Assembly (NCBI GenBank): GCA_951406725.2 | Contig: OX597843.1 | Coordinates: 248,001-312,000, forward strand | Direction: 5' to 3' | From: Octopus vulgaris | Lineage: Eukaryota | Length of the DNA: 64,000 nucleotides | Part shown: in pieces, positions 56,985 to 64,000 of the stretch | Layout of the letters: the number at the start of each line of letters is the position of its first letter | How positions within the stretch are numbered: position 1 is the stretch's first letter | Program-made: the position numbers and the translations under genes | Notes under the pieces: model-generated | Database searches by the model: none | Seen by the model: the letters and a program-made list of their open reading frames with translations, nothing else | What the model was told of the DNA's origin: nothing

Positions 56985-58620
56985 TTTGGGTCGACCCAGG
57001 ACTATAGTAGGAGACCCTTGACTGACAAGGTGCCACGCAGTGGTACTGAACCCACGGCCATGTGGGTCGCAGTGTGAGCTTCTAAACCATGCAGCCTCGC
57101 TGGCGTCTATAGATAGAAATCTTTGGTCTACCCGGGACTATAGTAGAAGACCCTTGACCGACAAGGTGCCACGCAGTGGAACTGAACCCACGGCCATGTG
57201 GGTCGCAGTGTGAGCTTCTAAACCATGCAGCCTCGCTGGCGTCTATAGATAGAAATCTTTGGTCTACCCGGGACTATAGTAGAAGACCCTTGACCGACGA
57301 GGTGCCACGCAGTGGAACTGAACCCACGGCCATGTGGGTCGCAGTGTGAGCTTCTAAACCATGCAGCCTCGCTGGCGTCTATAGATAGAAATCTTTGGTC
57401 TACCCGGGACTATAGTAGAAGACCCTTGACCAACGAGGTGCCACGCAGTGGAACTGAACCCACGGCCATGTGGGTCGCAGCGTGAGCTTCTAAACCATGC
57501 AGCCTCACTGGCATCTATAGATAGAAATCTTTGGTCGACCCAGGACTATAGCAGAAGACCCTTGACCAACGAGGTGCCACGCAGTGGAACTGAACCCACG
57601 GCCATGTGGGTCACAGCGTGAGCTTCTAAACCACGCAGCCTTGCTGGCGTCTATAGATAGAAATGTTTGGTCGACCAAAGACTATAGTAGAAGACCCTCG
57701 ACCAACGAGGTGTCATGCAGTGGAACTGAACCCACGGCCATGTTTGTCGCAGCGTGAGCTTCTAAACCATGCAGCCTTGCTGGCGTCTATAGATAGAAAT
57801 GTTTGGTCGACCAAGGACTATAGTAGAAGACCCTCGACCAACGAGGTGCCATGCAGTGGAACTGAACCCACGGCCATGTGGGTCACAGCTTGAGCTTCTA
57901 AACCACGCAGACTCACTGGCGTCTATGGATAGAAATGTTTGGTCGACCCGGGACTATAGCAGAAGACCTTCGACCGACGAGGTGCCACGCAGTGGAACTG
58001 AACCCACGGCCATGTGGGTTGCAGTGTGAGCTTCTAAACCATGCAGCCTCGCTGGCGTCTATAGATAGAAATCTTTGGTCTACCCGGGACTATAGTAGAA
58101 GACCTTCGACCGACGAGGTGCCACGCAGTGGAACTGAACCCACGGCCATGTGGGTCGCAGTGTGAGCTTCTAAACCATGCAGCCTCGCTGGCGTCTATAG
58201 ATAGAAATCTTTGGTCTACCCGGGACTATAGTAGAAGACCCTTGACCGACGAGGTGCCACGCAGTGGAACTAAACCCACGGCCATGTGGGTCGCAGTGTG
58301 AGCTTCTAAACCATGCAGCCTTGCTGGCGTCTATAGATAGAAATCTTTGGTCTACCCGGGACTATAGTAGAAGACCCTTGACCGACGAGGTGCTACGCAG
58401 TGGAACTGAACCCACGGCCATGTGGGTCGCAGCTTGAGCTTCTAAACCACGCAGCCTCGCTGGCGTCTATAGATAGAAATCTTTGGTCAACCCAGGACTA
58501 TAGTGGAAGACCCTTGACCAACGAGGTGCCACGCAGTGGAACTGAACCCACGGCCATTTGGGTCGCAGTGTGAGCTTCTAAACCACGCAGCCTTGCTGGC
58601 GTCTATAGATAGAAATGTTT
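56985..58620 (-). repeat. 136-bp satellite, about 12 copies, derived from a diverged family A head
   Basis: Period 136 (57663, 57799, 57935); unit contains GGTGCCACGCAGTGGAACTGAACCC and CTATAGTAGAAGAC as in the reverse-complemented head. Confidence 0.92.
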
Positions 58621-58779
58621 GAACAAATAGGAACTGTTAAATTTCTTGTTTTGCAGATAAGATCAAGAAATCACAGCAAATGTATTTTCATTTCATTTTA
58701 AATAGAGATAGCTCCGTATTAACGCTTTGTTACCGCTTCGTTACCTCGTCTCCCTGTCTTTATAATCATGGTCTCTCTC

Positions 58780-60475
<1,696 letters not shown>

Positions 60476-61149
60476 TTCACAGCCAAGCGTACTAATTAGT
60501 GAAGTCTAGAATAACAAAAAAGGTAGTTAAGATATTTTAAGTGCTGAGCAACCAGTTCGGACTATTTTTTTCTTTCTCTGCTATTTTTTTTGTATCGTTT
60601 GTTATTTTTTTTTTCTTCTTCTCTGTTTTAAATATCTCGGCAGCCATTTTAAAGTCAAGGAACTGTTTACATAAGACGTGAGATTCGACTGAAGAACAGG
60701 GGGAAAACATGCCGCCAACCCAGGCATGGCTTCTTCGTGGAATGACAAGCAGTTGAGAAGTCAGCGTTAGCATAGCAACCGCTTTATGGAACAACCATTT
60801 AATAAGAAAGAAAGCAGTTAACTTCACTTTTAATTTAAATTTAACTCTTTTGATAGAAACCTATCAGAGACCACCCTTGGTCCTCTGATACTGGGTTCCT
60901 GTTTTAAAGTGATATAAATTTAATTCTGCTGTGAGAATTTCCTTTTAATTTATGTTCTAAAACTGGCTGAATAATGGCCAAGTTATTTGACTAAATTCTC
61001 CATTATTTTTCAAAACTAATTGGAACAAATGCTGTGCTTTTCAACAGAAATATCTTTGTTGTGGGATTTAGCTTCCAGGTCATTCCATCAAGTTTGTAAG
61101 CCTTGTACTTATTCTGTTGATATCTTTTGCCGAACTGCTAAGTTATGGG

Positions 61150-61895
61150 GATGGCTGTGTGGTAAGTAGCTTGCTAACCAACCACATGGTTCCGGGTTCA
61201 GTCCCACTGCGTGGCATCTTGGGCAAGTGTCTTCTGCTATAGCCCCGGGCCGACCAATGCCTTGTGAGCGGATTTGATAGACGGAAACTGAAAGAAGCCT
61301 GTCGTATATATGTGTGAGCGTATATGTTTGTGTGTCTGTGTTTGTCCCCCTAGCATTGCTTGACAACCGATGCTGGTGTGTTTAGGTCCCCATCACTTAG
61401 CGATTCGGCAAAAGAGACCAATAGAATAAGTACTGGGCTCACAAAAGAATAAGTCCCGGGGTCGAGTTACTCGATGAAAGGCAGTGCTCCAGCATGGCTG
61501 CAGTCATATGACTGAAACAAGTAAAAGAGTATCATCTAAATTAAATATAAGTAGCTTGCTTACCAACCACACGGTTGCGGGTTCAGTCCCACTGCGTGGC
61601 ATCTTGGGCAAGTGTCTTCTGCTATAGCCCCGGGCCGACCAATGCCTTGTGAGCAGATTTGATAGACGGAAACTGAAAGAAGCCGGTCGTATATATGTAT
61701 ATATATGTAAGTGTGTGTGTATGTGTTTGCGTGTCTGTGTTTGTCCCCCTAACATTGCTTGACAACCGATGCTGGTGTGTTTAGGTCCCCGTCACTTAGC
61801 GGTTCGGCAAAAAGAGACCAATAGAATAAGTACTAAAAGGTGGTGCTCCAGCATGGCCGCAGTCAAATGACTGAAACAAGTAAAAGAGTAAAAGA
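61150..61895 (+). mobile_element. Two tandem family A SINE copies
   Basis: 61150-61530 and 61548-61895 share private variants (CCAATGCC, TTTGATAG, TTTAGGTCC). Confidence 0.85.
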
Positions 61896-62525
61896 TATGT
61901 ATGTATATACACACACTCACACAAACACACACATAAAACTTCGTGTAGTGTTTAGTAATGCTATCATGCTTTATATATAGCTACATACATAAATACATAT
62001 ATATGTACATACATAGAAATCCATATACGTGCACATACACACACACTACCACTGTTGCATGTGACCAACACTGACCTGCTCACTAACACCACCGCCACCA
62101 TCAAGAGCCGTTGTCCTGTAAAGTGGAATATAACTGGCCATTAAGTGGTGTTACATTGTTACATCAGTGAAGTGATGACCAGTAGAGCAGCCAATGTGGT
62201 CATCTGGTCTAATGTATGGAAACACGGTGGCATCACTTCTTCTCGGTGGTTTGATGGTGCTAGTGGATGTGTATAGGGGTGTGGGTGTAAATATGGCGAT
62301 ATATATATATTTGTCTGTATGTGTCAAAATGTGACCGCGTGTGTACCGTTGGTGATTTTTTTTCCTCTGTCTTTCCTTCTCTGGATCTTTCCATTTCCTA
62401 TGTTTCCGACGAAGAGCTCTGCTCGACGCGTTAAACCCTCCTTCTTTCCTGAGCGTCCAATAATACTATATTTGTTCCACGTCCTCGCGTTGTTGTGTTT
62501 TTTTGTGCTTTCTTGTTTGAATTAA

Positions 62526-62574
<49 letters not shown>

Positions 62575-62602
62575 TTGGATTTATTCCCTAATATTTATTA
62601 TT

Positions 62603-62637
<35 letters not shown>

Positions 62638-62657
62638 GTGTGTGTGTGTGTGTGTGT

Positions 62658-62950
62658 GGAGGCACATAGCCTAGTGGTTAGAGTAGCAGACTTGCGGTTG
62701 AGGGATCGCGAGTTCGTTTCTCAGACCGGGTGATGTGTGTGTTTATGAGTGAAACACCTAAGCTCCACGCAGCTCCGGCAGAAGGTAATGGCGAAACTTC
62801 TGCTGACTCTTTCGCCACAACTTTCTCTCACTCTTTCCTCCTGCATCTTGCAGCTCACCTGCGATGTACCGGCGTCCCGTACAGGTGGGGAACCTATACG
62901 CCAAAGAAACCGGCCCTAATGAGCCAGGCATGGCTCGAGAAGGAACAAAC
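62658..62950 (+). mobile_element. SINE with a family C-like head and a different 3' half
   Basis: GGAGGCACATAGCCTAGTGGTTAG...GAGTTCGTTTCTCAGACCGGG...AAGCTCCACG...CACAACTTTCTCTCACTCT shared with family C, then an unrelated tail. Confidence 0.7.
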
Positions 62951-63140
62951 ATATATATATATATATATATATAGACTAGTTTATCAAATCTTTGTATATC
63001 TAAGGTCAAAAGAACAAGGAGTAGCGCCTGCTAGGAAGGGGGCTTAGGGAGTCGACAGAAATCAGAGTGGGTATAGTCATAAAAAACTATACCCATAGAA
63101 ATTTTTTTCTTTTGCCCTTATTTAGAATTGTATATATATA

Positions 63141-64000
63141 TCATCATCATCATCACCATTTAACGTCCGTTTTCCATGCTAGCACAGGTTGGACGGTTCG
63201 ACCGGGGTCTGGGAAGCCAGGAGGCTGCACCAGGCTCCAGTCTGATCTGGCAGAGTTTCTACAGCTGGATGCCCTTCCTAACGCCAACCACTCCGCGAGT
63301 GTAGTGGATGCTTTTTACGTGCCACCTGCCAGGGGAGTCTGGCATCGGCCACGATCGGTTGGTGCTTTTAACGTGCCACCGGCACGGAAGCTGGGATCGG
63401 CCATGTGCGGATGGTGCTCTTTATGTGCCACCGGCACAGAAGTCAGTCAAGGTGGCGCTGGCATCGGCCACGTTCGGATGGTGCTTTTTATGTGCCACTG
63501 GCACAGAAGCCAGTCGAGGCGGCGCTGGTATCGGCCACGTTCGGATGGTGCTTTTTATGTGCCTACGGCACACGTATCACAACTACTATTTCCATTGATA
63601 TTTATTTCGACGTTCATGTTCATGTACTTGACTCAACAGGTCTCCTCAAGCACAGTGGGATGTTCTGGAATCCAAGGTACTTTGAATGGGCAGGGGGCTA
63701 TGCGGAACTGGTGCAGGAAGCAGCCCGGGTCTTTGCAGTCACAGCATATCTCCAGAGATCTCGGTCCTTTCCCATTGCCTCAGTGAGGCCCAACACTCTG
63801 AGGTCATGCTTGACTACCTCATCCCATGTCTTCCTGGGTCTACCTCTCCCCCTGATACCTTCAACTGTTTGGGAGTGGCACTTCTTCACACATCTCTCCT
63901 CATCCATCCGCAGTACATGACCATACCATCGCAAGCATCGCTCTTGCACACCACATCTGATGCTTCTTATGTCCAGCAGTTCTCTCAGGGTGCTTACCCA
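63141..64000 (-). mobile_element. RTE-clade LINE 3' portion, running off the window end
   Basis: LRELLDIRSIRCGVQERCLRWYGHVLRM...RGRGRPRKTWDEVVKHDL; 3' UTR and (GAT)n tail homologous to 15972-16608. Confidence 0.88.

Overview
Repeat-dominated, AT-rich animal genomic DNA. The tRNA-derived SINE families, dense (TA)n/(TACA)n/(CAT)n microsatellites and CR1/RTE/R4 LINE remnants point to an octopus or other coleoid cephalopod (inference). Only one host gene is supportable: a minus-strand coding exon (35630-34743, 296 codons, TM1-TM5) of an adenosine-receptor-like class A GPCR, ending at a GTGAGT donor. I found no TM6-TM7 exon, so 1-34742 is probably all intron. Nearly all other listed ORFs are microsatellite or SINE artefacts. 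The most interesting signal is a set of short, (TA)n-embedded, non-coding elements carrying type I hammerhead-ribozyme motifs of the kind known from Penelope-like elements. Two have a complete canonical core and an unusually long stem II (14728-14818 plus; 15196-15268 minus, sense to the receptor pre-mRNA), and at least eight variant or decayed motifs occur elsewhere, one inside a long fold-back. A second theme is tandem amplification of transposon sub-modules: 33 x 65 bp SINE tail, 4-5 x SINE head, 12 x 136 bp diverged head, about 10 x 131 bp, 381-bp CR1 ends and 4 x 121 bp inside a Helitron. Also present are a hAT MITE and a GG-terminated MITE family with 8-bp TSDs, a perfect 81-bp palindrome just inside the receptor intron, and a CRE palindrome upstream of the gene. 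All structures were read by eye and not computed.
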